Below, in pieces: positions 29,940 to 38,700 of a stretch of 64,000 nt of DNA. The translations under genes were made by a program, and so were the position numbers. How positions within the stretch are numbered: position 1 is the stretch's first letter; the number at the start of each line of letters is the position of its first letter. Below the pieces are notes generated by a model that ran no database searches, was not told the DNA's origin, and saw nothing but the letters and a program-made list of their open reading frames with translations. The stretch is from positions 87,848-151,847 of the forward strand of contig DMZH01000001.1 of NCBI GenBank assembly GCA_003484955.1. Reading direction: 5' to 3'. The DNA is from Candidatus Woesebacteria bacterium. GTDB lineage: Bacteria > Patescibacteriota > Microgenomatia > UBA8517.

Positions 29940-30579
29940 GATTCATTTGCTCTACTTCCACTTTATCATTTTTTTCAGAATTGACCAAGCTTTGTTTATC
30001 ATTTTGAATTTTTTTCAAAATTTCTCTTAAATTAACAAAGTCTGTTTTTTCCGCCTCCATTACGTTGCCATTTCTAAGCGAAGCCGCTGGATGATACATC
30101 GGTACGACCACAATATTTTTTCCGTTCCAGGAAACATTATATTTTTTGCCGTGTACACTTGAAATAAAGACATTGGGTAAAAATTTAGCCATGGAAAAAC
30201 GCCCTAAAGTAATGATCACTTCCGGGTCAATAATTTTAATGATTTTGTCCAAATACTTTCTATAAGCTTCTATCTCGTGGGGTTCCGGATCACGGTTTTC
30301 CGGAGGTCTGTGGTGAACAATATTTGTTATGAACACCTCTTTGCGGGTGAGCCCTGCAAGCGGAAAAAGTTTATCCAAAAGTTTACCCGCCTGTCCTACG
30401 AACGGCTCACCGATTTTATCCTCATTGTGTCCGGGTCCCTCCCCAATGCAGAGAATTTTTGCCTTGGTGTTTCCTGTACCAAAAACAAGTTTTGTAGCAC
30501 CTTTTTTAAGGGGAAGTGTGTCGTCTTTTTCCATTTCCTCCTTCAATTTATGGAGTTCTTCAAATTTAGTCATCTTCAA
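29932..30579 (-). CDS. Uracil-DNA glycosylase, family 4-like (lacks Fe-S cysteines)
   Basis: IGEGPG..ED..G.PFVGQAG, ITN, RPPENR, YHPAA. Confidence 0.92.
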   Translation of the reverse strand: MKMTKFEELHKLKEEMEKDDTLPLKKGATKLVFGTGNTKAKILCIGEGPGHNEDKIGEPFVGQAGKLLDKLFPLAGLTRKEVFITNIVHHRPPENRDPEPHEIEAYRKYLDKIIKIIDPEVIITLGRFSMAKFLPNVFISSVHGKKYNVSWNGKNIVVVPMYHPAASLRNGNVMEAEKTDFVNLREILKKIQNDKQSLVNSEKNDKVEVEQMNLV

Positions 30580-31042
30580 TGAATTCTACTCTATTCGAGC
30601 CTGTGTCGAAAATTGCAAAATTATTTCCTGTAATTATTGCCCCGGGACGAATAATTTTAATTTGTGTTTCTTTGCTTTCATATTTTGAATGCAAATGACC
30701 ATTGATAATTAAATCAAGTTTTGTGTCCGAGAAATACTCTGTATTATTCGATGGTTTATGTGTAATTCCGATAGTTCTACCCCCACTTTTAAATATCAAA
30801 AAGTTTTCATCAAATTTTTCGCTCTTCACCCTTAACTGTTTACCTATCGTAGGATCGATATCAGCATTTCCCAGAACCGCATGAAGCGGAATTTCATACG
30901 ACAAAACTGTTTCAACAGATTCAAGATTGTTCCAGTCTCCTGCATGAATTACGGAAGTCACTCTGTATTTTTTTGCAAAACCCATCACATGATTCAAATT
31001 CGCAATGTTCCCGTGGGAATCGGAAATTATTAGGATCTTCAT
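30566..31042 (-). CDS. Metallophosphoesterase, YfcE/MJ0936 family
   Basis: ISDSHG, HAGD, GNAD, ITH, GHLH, RPG motifs. Confidence 0.9.
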   Translation of the reverse strand: MKILIISDSHGNIANLNHVMGFAKKYRVTSVIHAGDWNNLESVETVLSYEIPLHAVLGNADIDPTIGKQLRVKSEKFDENFLIFKSGGRTIGITHKPSNNTEYFSDTKLDLIINGHLHSKYESKETQIKIIRPGAIITGNNFAIFDTGSNRVEFIEDD

Positions 31043-31058
31043 ACGAAACTATTGTATA

Positions 31059-32105
31059 TTACTGAGGCAAAAATTCTTTAACATTTTGTGCGGTTACGTG
31101 CATACTTTGTGCTTTTCCTTCAACAATCATCTTGGCAACTTTTCTGACAACCCCATCGATATTTCGCTCCAATGTACGGATTCCGGCATCGTAGCCTAAT
31201 GGTCTAACTATGTTTGCCCAAACTTCATCATCAATTGTCAAAATTCCCTCAGAAAGCCCCGCCGCTTTCATTGACGCTGGCAGTACGTATCTTTGCGCAA
31301 TCGTTATTTTTTCCTGATCCGTATAGCTTGGCATGGAAATTGGCTCAAGCCTATCCATCACGGCTGTTGCAATATTTGTAGTGTTATTGGCAGTCGTAAT
31401 AAAAAGTGCCTCGGAAAGGTCAAACGGAAAGTCTATATAGTGATCGATAAAAGCGTAATTTTGTCTTGGATCCAAAAGCTCAACCAAAACTCCCATAATA
31501 GAACTTCTACCTTGGTCGGTTACCCTATCGATTTCATCAAGAAGTATTACCGGGTTTTTACTTTGGGTATCTCTTAAAGCCTTAATTATTTTCCCGGGTT
31601 CTGCTTCGGGGTGCATTCTACTTTGGCCCCGAAGATCAAGCGGATCTCCCATGCCTCCGAAAGGAATACGTGCGATTGGTCTACCCAGTGCTTCAGCAAT
31701 CGAATAGGCAATTGTAGTTTTTCCGGTTCCAACTAGTCCCACAAAACAAAGAATGGGGGCACGGTAGACATCGGCCCCTTCTCCTTTTTCTTGCTTGAGC
31801 TTCATCACACTCATATATTCCAAAATACGTGTTTTTATGTCAGTTAACCCAAAGTGGTGAGTCTCTAAAATCGCCTTGGCCTTTTCAAGGTCCAGTGTAT
31901 CCTGAGTTCTTTTGTTCCAAGGTAAAGTTGTAATCCAATCAATATATTTTTCCATTCTGTCGAATTCGGGTAAAAACGACGGAGAATTTGTAAGCTTGGA
32001 GAGTTGATTCAGACGAACCAAAACCAGTTCACGAAGTTTGTCCGGCAAGGAGACACTTTTAACTCTATCAATTAAAACAGAAATTTCCTGGGCAGCAGAA
32101 TCCAT
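31059..32105 (-). CDS. Lon-type AAA+ ATPase without N-terminal or protease domains
   Basis: LPW..LDL..AK.IL...HFGL..IK.RILE, GLVGTGKT, NPVILLDEID, FIDHYID.PFDLS, DRLE, GIRTL; stops where the Lon protease domain would start. Confidence 0.9.
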   Translation of the reverse strand: MDSAAQEISVLIDRVKSVSLPDKLRELVLVRLNQLSKLTNSPSFLPEFDRMEKYIDWITTLPWNKRTQDTLDLEKAKAILETHHFGLTDIKTRILEYMSVMKLKQEKGEGADVYRAPILCFVGLVGTGKTTIAYSIAEALGRPIARIPFGGMGDPLDLRGQSRMHPEAEPGKIIKALRDTQSKNPVILLDEIDRVTDQGRSSIMGVLVELLDPRQNYAFIDHYIDFPFDLSEALFITTANNTTNIATAVMDRLEPISMPSYTDQEKITIAQRYVLPASMKAAGLSEGILTIDDEVWANIVRPLGYDAGIRTLERNIDGVVRKVAKMIVEGKAQSMHVTAQNVKEFLPQ

Positions 32106-32149
32106 ACATTTATATTAACACGAAGTCTGTCTCTGAGAAGCCCTTTTCT

Positions 32150-34513
32150 TTAGAAATCTTTCTTTTCACTAACCAATCTTGAAGTTGGGAAATGGGGACC
32201 GCCTGCTCCACCATTTTCATCAGGTCTTGAAAATCCGGATCTGCTACCTCCACCCCTTGAGAATCCTCCTTCACGCCTAGGGCCACTAAATCCTCTGTCT
32301 CCACCCCTTGAAAAGCCGCCGCTTCTACTTCCGCCTCTTGAAAACCCACCACTTCTACCTCCACTAAATCCTCCCCGGCTACCACGATCTCCGCCAAATC
32401 CGCCATGAGGTCTTTCTTCTCTAGGTTTATCTTTTGTAGGATCCATATTCATAGAAAGGTTGATTCTTCCCTGATCATCAATTTCCTTAACCCTGACCTG
32501 AACTTTTTGGCCAACCTGGACAACATCCCCAGCATCCTTGACAAAACCTTCCTGACCCATATCTGTTACGTGCACCATTCCATCTTTTCCAGGTAAAATA
32601 TTGACGAATGCTCCGAAAGACATAAGTCTGACAACTTCTCCGTCGTAGATTTCACCAGCAACCACTTCCTTTGCAAAACCTTCAACCCAGGCAATAGCTT
32701 GCTGCATTTTTTCAGGGTCAACTCCTGAAACGCTTACTCCGCCATCATCATTTACGTCAACCTGAGTTCCTGTATCTGCCATCAATTTTTTAATATTCTT
32801 ACCTGATGGGCCAATAAATTCTCCAATTTTTTCTACGGGGATTTTAACTACTTTGATTTTGGGGGCATATTCCGAAACCGCTTTTCGTGATTCAGGAATA
32901 GTTTCCAAAATCTTTTTCATAATTTGATCTCTTGCATCTTTTGCTTGATCCAAAGCTTTTTCCAAAATGTTAAGCGTCAGGCTAAGAGTTTTGACATCCA
33001 TCTGGAGTGCTGTAATTCCCTTTTCTGTTCCCGCAACTTTAAAGTCCATGTCACCGTTAAAATCCTCAATACCCATCAAGTCCGTTAGAACCGCAAATTT
33101 TTCAGCGTCTTCAATGATAAGTCCCATGGCTATTCCGGCAACAGGAGCTTTAATTGGAACACCCGCATCCATCAAAGAAAGAGTAGACCCAACCACTGAA
33201 GCCATCGAAGTTGAACCGTTTGAACTCATTACTTCGGATACGACTCTTATCGCGTAAGGAAATTCCTCCTGGGAAGGAATAACGGGTACCAAAGCTCTTT
33301 CGGCAAGCATTCCATGTCCTATTTCACGTCTATTTGGAGATCCGACTCTTCCAGCTTCTCCTGTTGCATAGGGAGGCATAGAATAGTGGTGCATGTAGTG
33401 CTTTTCTTCCTCACCCTCGGCACTTTCCAAAAGCTGTCCCATGGATTCAGATCCAAGGGTGGCAACCGAAAGAACCTGGGTTTGACCCCTGGAGAAAAGT
33501 GCGCTGCCGTGGGTTCTTGGTAAAATTCCAACTTCACCCGTCAATTTTCGGAGCTCCGTTAATTTTCTGCCATCTGGTCTGATTCCTTTTTCCAAAATTT
33601 GCTCACGGATGTAGTCTTTCTTTAAATGGTCAACTATATCCAATACAAATTTCCTGTCCTCATCCTTTTCAAACTGATCTTTGATCGCGGCTATAAACTC
33701 TGCATACTCATCGGACGGCCCCTCGTGATTGGCCATGTTTTTAACAAGTCCGGCCATTTTGTCACCGACTAGTTTCTTGACTTGGCTTTCAAGATCAGCG
33801 CTTGGTTTTTCTTCTTTATAAACTTCACGCTTTACACCTTTTTCTTCAGCAATTTCCTCAATCAATTCAAGAACTGCTTTGCTTTCTTTTAATGCAAACT
33901 CAATTCCTTTAATGATTTGTGCCTCTGTTACTTCCTTTGCTCCTGCTTCAACCATAAGAACCGCTTCTTTTGTTGAGGATACGGTTAAGTCCATCGGAGA
34001 AGTTTCTAGATCGGTAGAAACGGGATTAACTAAATATTTGTCGTCCTTCATTCCAACCGTTAGAGGTGCAACAGGACCTTTCCAGGGAAGTGTTGAAAGA
34101 TGAATGGCCGCCGAAGCTGCAATAGCAGCTAAAATTTTAGGGTCATTTTCTCCGTCAACCGAAAGAACCATTACAATAAGTTGAACTTCTTTTTTGTAAG
34201 TTTTAGGGAAAAGAGGACGGATCGATCTATCGATAAGGCGCGCAGCTAAAATTTCTTCATCGGTGGGTCTGCCCTCGCGCTTTACCCATCGACTGCCTTT
34301 AATACGTCCGCCTGCATAAAGACGTTCCTGATATTCAACAGAAAGTGGAAAATAATCCATTTCCATTTTGAGAGGAGCTGCGGCGACTGTTGCCAACACA
34401 ACAGTATCGCCCATTCTGGCCATAACTTCACCAGATGCTTGTTCTGCTAAATTCCCTGTGGTTAAGGTAAGTGTACGCCCACCTAATTCGATGGACTTCT
34501 CAATTTTTTTCAT
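32150..34513 (-). CDS. pnp: Polyribonucleotide nucleotidyltransferase with RGG/GGF-rich tail
   Basis: RLIDRSIRPLFP, RREIGHG, SNGSTSMAS, GDMDFKVAG, KH and S1 domains. Confidence 0.98.
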   Translation of the reverse strand: MKKIEKSIELGGRTLTLTTGNLAEQASGEVMARMGDTVVLATVAAAPLKMEMDYFPLSVEYQERLYAGGRIKGSRWVKREGRPTDEEILAARLIDRSIRPLFPKTYKKEVQLIVMVLSVDGENDPKILAAIAASAAIHLSTLPWKGPVAPLTVGMKDDKYLVNPVSTDLETSPMDLTVSSTKEAVLMVEAGAKEVTEAQIIKGIEFALKESKAVLELIEEIAEEKGVKREVYKEEKPSADLESQVKKLVGDKMAGLVKNMANHEGPSDEYAEFIAAIKDQFEKDEDRKFVLDIVDHLKKDYIREQILEKGIRPDGRKLTELRKLTGEVGILPRTHGSALFSRGQTQVLSVATLGSESMGQLLESAEGEEEKHYMHHYSMPPYATGEAGRVGSPNRREIGHGMLAERALVPVIPSQEEFPYAIRVVSEVMSSNGSTSMASVVGSTLSLMDAGVPIKAPVAGIAMGLIIEDAEKFAVLTDLMGIEDFNGDMDFKVAGTEKGITALQMDVKTLSLTLNILEKALDQAKDARDQIMKKILETIPESRKAVSEYAPKIKVVKIPVEKIGEFIGPSGKNIKKLMADTGTQVDVNDDGGVSVSGVDPEKMQQAIAWVEGFAKEVVAGEIYDGEVVRLMSFGAFVNILPGKDGMVHVTDMGQEGFVKDAGDVVQVGQKVQVRVKEIDDQGRINLSMNMDPTKDKPREERPHGGFGGDRGSRGGFSGGRSGGFSRGGSRSGGFSRGGDRGFSGPRREGGFSRGGGSRSGFSRPDENGGAGGPHFPTSRLVSEKKDF

Positions 34514-34521
34514 TTATTAAT

Positions 34522-34791
34522 TTATTTGTCTAATTTCAACTCTGTGAGGAGTTTCTTGTAGCGATCTTCGTCGCGCCTATGTAAGTAGCTTAGGAGTCTT
34601 CTCCTTTTGGCTACCATTGAAAGAAGCCCGCGACGGCTATGAACATCTTTTTTGTGTTCTTTAAGATGGGCAACTAATTTATCGATTTTGATTGAAAGAA
34701 GCGCAATTTGAACTTCGGGGGACCCTGTATCGCCCTTTTCCCGAGCAAATTTCTTTATTACGTCTACTTTTTCGTCTTTTGCTAATGCCAT
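34522..34791 (-). CDS. rpsO: 30S ribosomal protein S15
   Basis: DTGSPEVQIALL, HKKD.HSRRGLL. Confidence 0.98.
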   Translation of the reverse strand: MALAKDEKVDVIKKFAREKGDTGSPEVQIALLSIKIDKLVAHLKEHKKDVHSRRGLLSMVAKRRRLLSYLHRRDEDRYKKLLTELKLDK

Positions 34792-34849
34792 ATTGTCATG
34801 TGGAACAAAGTAGGCTCATCTCAGAGCAAACCTTGTTAACGTCTTGGGT

Positions 34850-34878
34850 ATCGTACCACACCTGAGTTCAAAACGCAA
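34850..34878 (-). promoter_or_regulatory. Sigma70 promoter for rpsO-pnp
   Basis: Minus strand TTGCGT-N17-TACGAT with extended -10 TG. Confidence 0.6.
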
Positions 34879-34881
34879 AGG

Positions 34882-35799
34882 TTAACTTACATTTGTCCCC
34901 TTAAAAATTTTTGGTTGAAGCCAATCGGAGGGCGGGTTCACTTCGGGTGTTTCCACTCCGGTTTCTGCCATTCCGGACTCTACTTGAGTTTCAATTTGGG
35001 CAATAGGTGTGACGGGTGTCTGAACAACCGGGGTGTTGAAAGGCTTTGTCGGAATTGCTCCGGGAGGAAAACCTACCGGGCTTAATTTCACTTTCGGTAT
35101 ACGCTGACCACCATTTCGCAAAAGATGTGCAAAAGTCTCAAAAGTATCAGGCGTTACTTCACTTGAGGCAAAATTGCTACTTCCCTCTTCAATTCCCATT
35201 ACCAAATTTGTCGCCACATCAGGGTCCATTGTTAAACCGTTCCCTTTAATTAAATTTGCAACTAATTCGCTCGTTGTTGCACTGGATTTTGCAAACGACA
35301 TTGTCTCACGCTTTGAGTCAAGAACACGGGTACCGATATGTGCAACTTTCGCATTTGCCAAATCCGGTGTCGCAAGAATCGGGAAGTGGGCATCCGTGGC
35401 TCCTCCGACTAAAATTACCAAATCAGCAGCAGTTCCTGAATAATCCATTATTATTTGTTCTTTCTGGGGTGCCACAAAACCCGTTTTAGGAGTAACTGTA
35501 AGCTTAAACTCACCACCATCTATATCGTAACCAACTTTATCGATATTGGTCGCCTCATAATTTACAAATCTAATTGCAAGGTTCTTTTTACTAAGCTCTG
35601 TTGAAATTTTATTAACTCCAATAAGCCTGCTAAAACCAACCATCATTGGGGTTGGACAAAAAATTGAAACATCCTTTCTCTCGTGAATCGAAAGATACAA
35701 AGAAAGTCCTGCAGCAACCTGATCAAAATAAGGCTTTGTAGGCAACACAATAAGTATCGAGGCGGCAGAATCAATAAGCGAAAGAAGAGAATTATCCAT
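34882..35799 (-). CDS. Degenerate DHH-family (NrnA-like) protein
   Basis: DHH-type layout (ILIV..P..D...AGL.L; ADLVILV; S..SELV; AT.L..GI...S.NF) but the metal ligands are missing; lies after infB. Confidence 0.7.
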   Translation of the reverse strand: MDNSLLSLIDSAASILIVLPTKPYFDQVAAGLSLYLSIHERKDVSIFCPTPMMVGFSRLIGVNKISTELSKKNLAIRFVNYEATNIDKVGYDIDGGEFKLTVTPKTGFVAPQKEQIIMDYSGTAADLVILVGGATDAHFPILATPDLANAKVAHIGTRVLDSKRETMSFAKSSATTSELVANLIKGNGLTMDPDVATNLVMGIEEGSSNFASSEVTPDTFETFAHLLRNGGQRIPKVKLSPVGFPPGAIPTKPFNTPVVQTPVTPIAQIETQVESGMAETGVETPEVNPPSDWLQPKIFKGTNVS

Positions 35800-37222
35800 T
35801 GCGCACGGATACTAACACATCACCTATAGCAAAATCAAGCTGGGGCTCAATTATTACTCCGAATTCTTCCGATTGCCCTACTGAAGCAACCTCTGCTTTT
35901 TGCTTCTTAACTGAAACAGCTTTACCTTTACCAATCTCTTTTGCATCACGGGTTAGTAGCAACATGTCTCCCTTTGTAATTCTGCCGTCGAGCACTTTGC
36001 AGCCAGCAACTTTTTTGTTGTTAAACGGAAAAATGGCTAAAACTTGTGCCCGACCAAGAATCTCGAGTCTTCCTTTCTTCAAAATTTCCTCTAACTTTTG
36101 CAAAAGTTCATAGATAATCTGGAACCTTTCAACTTTGACTTTTTCCGCCTCCGCAAGTTTAACTATATCTGTGGGAATTTTGGATTCAAAGGCCATTATA
36201 TAGGCGTTTCCTGTTTTAGCATCGATCACGTCTGAACTCGTTACTTCTCCCACCCCGCTTCCCACAACGACGATTTTTGGCGGAAGCGAAGCAATTATCG
36301 CCTCAAGAGATCCTGCATTATCGGCCTTAATAATCACCGGAATTTCGTCATCCTTCAAACGCCTCAGGTCAAAAACTCCCTTTACTTTTGGAGCTTCTTT
36401 GACAGCCGTGTGGGACTCTCTGGTAACCGAGGCTCCAACCGGAGGGACCACTGTAAATCCGAAAACCTTAGCGGCATTTCCCGGAAAAACTTCCTTAACC
36501 ACTTTTCCTTTATCATCAAAAATGGCTTTGACTTTGCACTCATTTTCTTCAGCAAAGATTGTTTCACCGAGTTTAAGACTTCCATTTCGCAGGACAACTG
36601 TGGCAACAGAACCCATCTTATCTCTTCCGGATTCAATAACTACGGCTTCAAGCGGTGCATTAAGATCCCCCTTAAGTTCAGCCACATCAGCCATAAGCGT
36701 TAGCATTTCCAGAAGCTCAGAAAGACCAATATTTGTTTTAGCCGAAACTGAAACGAATGGAGTATCCCCTCCACGTCCTTCAAAAAATACACTTTCTTTT
36801 TCAAGCTGACCCTTAAGAACTTCCGCACTCACTCCGGCAACATCAGCCTTTGTTCCGGCAACGACAAACTGTAAATTTGAATCTTTGATGATTTGAAGTG
36901 CTTCTTTCGTTTGCGGCTGTACCCCGTCATCTTGGGCAACCACCAAAACCGCAAAATCGGCAACTTTCGCTCCACGACTCCTCATTTTTCCAAAAGCGGC
37001 ATGGCCCGGAGTGTCTATGAAGACAAGGGATTTGTCTTCGCCAGATGCACTGGTAAAAGTAATCTTTGAGGCACCAATGCTTTGTGTAATTCCTCCGGCC
37101 TCCCGCGCCGTAACATTGGTTTTTCGAATCGCATCTAGCAGCGTAGTTTTTCCATGATCGACATGCCCCAATACCACCACGATAGGCGGTCGGCTATTTA
37201 ACTGTTTTTTATTTTTTTCCAT
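35792..37222 (-). CDS. infB: Translation initiation factor IF-2, minimal form (start revised to ATG 37222)
   Basis: [39 protein letters not shown] (G4), VSAK; no long N-terminal domain. Confidence 0.96.
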   Translation of the reverse strand: MEKNKKQLNSRPPIVVVLGHVDHGKTTLLDAIRKTNVTAREAGGITQSIGASKITFTSASGEDKSLVFIDTPGHAAFGKMRSRGAKVADFAVLVVAQDDGVQPQTKEALQIIKDSNLQFVVAGTKADVAGVSAEVLKGQLEKESVFFEGRGGDTPFVSVSAKTNIGLSELLEMLTLMADVAELKGDLNAPLEAVVIESGRDKMGSVATVVLRNGSLKLGETIFAEENECKVKAIFDDKGKVVKEVFPGNAAKVFGFTVVPPVGASVTRESHTAVKEAPKVKGVFDLRRLKDDEIPVIIKADNAGSLEAIIASLPPKIVVVGSGVGEVTSSDVIDAKTGNAYIMAFESKIPTDIVKLAEAEKVKVERFQIIYELLQKLEEILKKGRLEILGRAQVLAIFPFNNKKVAGCKVLDGRITKGDMLLLTRDAKEIGKGKAVSVKKQKAEVASVGQSEEFGVIIEPQLDFAIGDVLVSVRNG

Positions 37223-37255
37223 AAATTTACATTGGTTTAGAACCAAGAATTAAGT

Positions 37256-37294
37256 CTGCCTGCCGACAGGCAGGAATCTGGAAGCTGAAATCTG
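37256..37294. repeat. Short palindrome CTGCCTG-CCGA-CAGGCAG followed by degenerate 7-mer repeats
   Basis: Perfect 7-bp inverted repeat at 37256-37273, then GAATCTG GAAGCTG AAATCTG. Confidence 0.7.
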
Positions 37295-37343
37295 ACTTAA
37301 GAAGATCTAAAATTGAAAATTACACTATTAGTTTTCATTTTAC

Positions 37344-38603
37344 TTAAGACTTCTTATCTTCGCTTCCATTTTCGGTTTCTTCAACAACTGCTTTCATTTC
37401 CGGCACTTTGATTTTTTCTTCAGGATTCACTTCTTCCTCTATTTCTCCCTGCCCTTCCAAAACTTCAGCGGATGAGGACTCTGTTTTTGCTTCCTTCGCC
37501 TTCTTGGCAATTTTTCTGGCTTTGGTCTTAGTAATTGTTTTAACAACAGGTGCAGGGGAGGGCTCTTCTACTTTCTCTTCAGGAACAGAAAGCGTACCGT
37601 TTCCTTCAACCTCAATTCTGAAACCTGTTAGTTTTGCCGTAAGACGAACATTTTGGCCATCTTTACCGATTGCCACGGAAAGCATGTCCTCGGGAGCAAA
37701 AACTTTGGCAATTTTTGTTTCATTATCAATTTCAACCGACATGTTTTCCGCAGGCGAAAGGGAGGCTTTGATAAGCTCGGTTAGATCATCGCTCCAAGGA
37801 ATTACATCAACTCTCTCTCCTCCAATCTCGTTAGTAACCGCTTGTACTCTGACTCCTTTTTGCCCAACACAGCTCCCAACAGGGTCCACTCCGGTTTGAC
37901 TTGAAAATACGGCTGCTTTTGTTCTAACACCGGCTTCTCTAGCAATCGCTTTAATCTCAACGGAACCTGATCCGATTTCGGGTACTTCTCTTGCGAAAAG
38001 TTTGGCTACAAATTCAGGAGCCGCACGCGACAGGAAAATCTCTTTTCCACGAGGTGTTTCATTAATGGCTTTTATGAGAAAGGTTAATCTCTGATTTAGG
38101 CTTAATCTTTCGTTTGGAATTCTATCCTCAGCCAGAAGTATTGCTTCGGTCCTACCCAGGTCCACCCTGACATTTGGACCATCAAATCTCAAAACAAGTC
38201 CTGAAACTAGCGATCCAACTCTCTCCTGGAATTCTTCCATGATGACTCCTTTTTCCGCTTCACGAATTTTTTGATGAATTACCTGTTTGGCAGTTTGAGC
38301 TGCGATTCTTCCAAAACCGGGTGGAGTTACATCTTTCTTTTCCTCTTTTGCTTTTTTAATTTCGGTTTCTGTTGCGTCTTCCGCGGGAAGAGGCCAAGCA
38401 AAAACTCTGGTTTCACCATTTACGGGATCGATTACTGCATCATAATCAAAAGTGTCAACCTCGATTCCTCCTTCTTTGGCGTCTCTTTTATAAGCCGCAA
38501 TAATTGCCTGCTTTATGGTTTCTAAAATCACGTCAGGATTAAGTCCCCTTTCGGCGGCTATAGCTTTAAGTGCTTGTGAAAATTCCGTTCTTGCTGTTGG
38601 CAT
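37344..38603 (-). CDS. nusA: Transcription factor NusA
   Basis: FGRIAAQTAKQVI, AREAG.RTK, DPVGSCVG, IGKDGQNVRL. Confidence 0.98.
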   Translation of the reverse strand: MPTARTEFSQALKAIAAERGLNPDVILETIKQAIIAAYKRDAKEGGIEVDTFDYDAVIDPVNGETRVFAWPLPAEDATETEIKKAKEEKKDVTPPGFGRIAAQTAKQVIHQKIREAEKGVIMEEFQERVGSLVSGLVLRFDGPNVRVDLGRTEAILLAEDRIPNERLSLNQRLTFLIKAINETPRGKEIFLSRAAPEFVAKLFAREVPEIGSGSVEIKAIAREAGVRTKAAVFSSQTGVDPVGSCVGQKGVRVQAVTNEIGGERVDVIPWSDDLTELIKASLSPAENMSVEIDNETKIAKVFAPEDMLSVAIGKDGQNVRLTAKLTGFRIEVEGNGTLSVPEEKVEEPSPAPVVKTITKTKARKIAKKAKEAKTESSSAEVLEGQGEIEEEVNPEEKIKVPEMKAVVEETENGSEDKKS

Positions 38604-38614
38604 ATCTTTATATT

Positions 38615-38696
38615 AAAAAAGGCGGGCTTCTCTTCCCACCTCATTAAACGACCAATTTCCAAGTGCAAGTTTAGCTCAAGAGGTTATCGAAGTCAA
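38615..38696 (-). promoter_or_regulatory. nusA promoter plus leader terminator/attenuator
   Basis: Minus strand TTGACT-N17-TAAACT, then AGGTGGG-N8-CCCGCCT plus a T run before the nusA ATG. Confidence 0.65.
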
Positions 38697-38700
38697 ACCT

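Noticed and set aside
32110-32406. 98-aa alternative-frame ORF within the pnp 3' end
   Set aside because: It results from the Gly/Arg low-complexity repeat lacking stops in that frame, and has no independent start signals.
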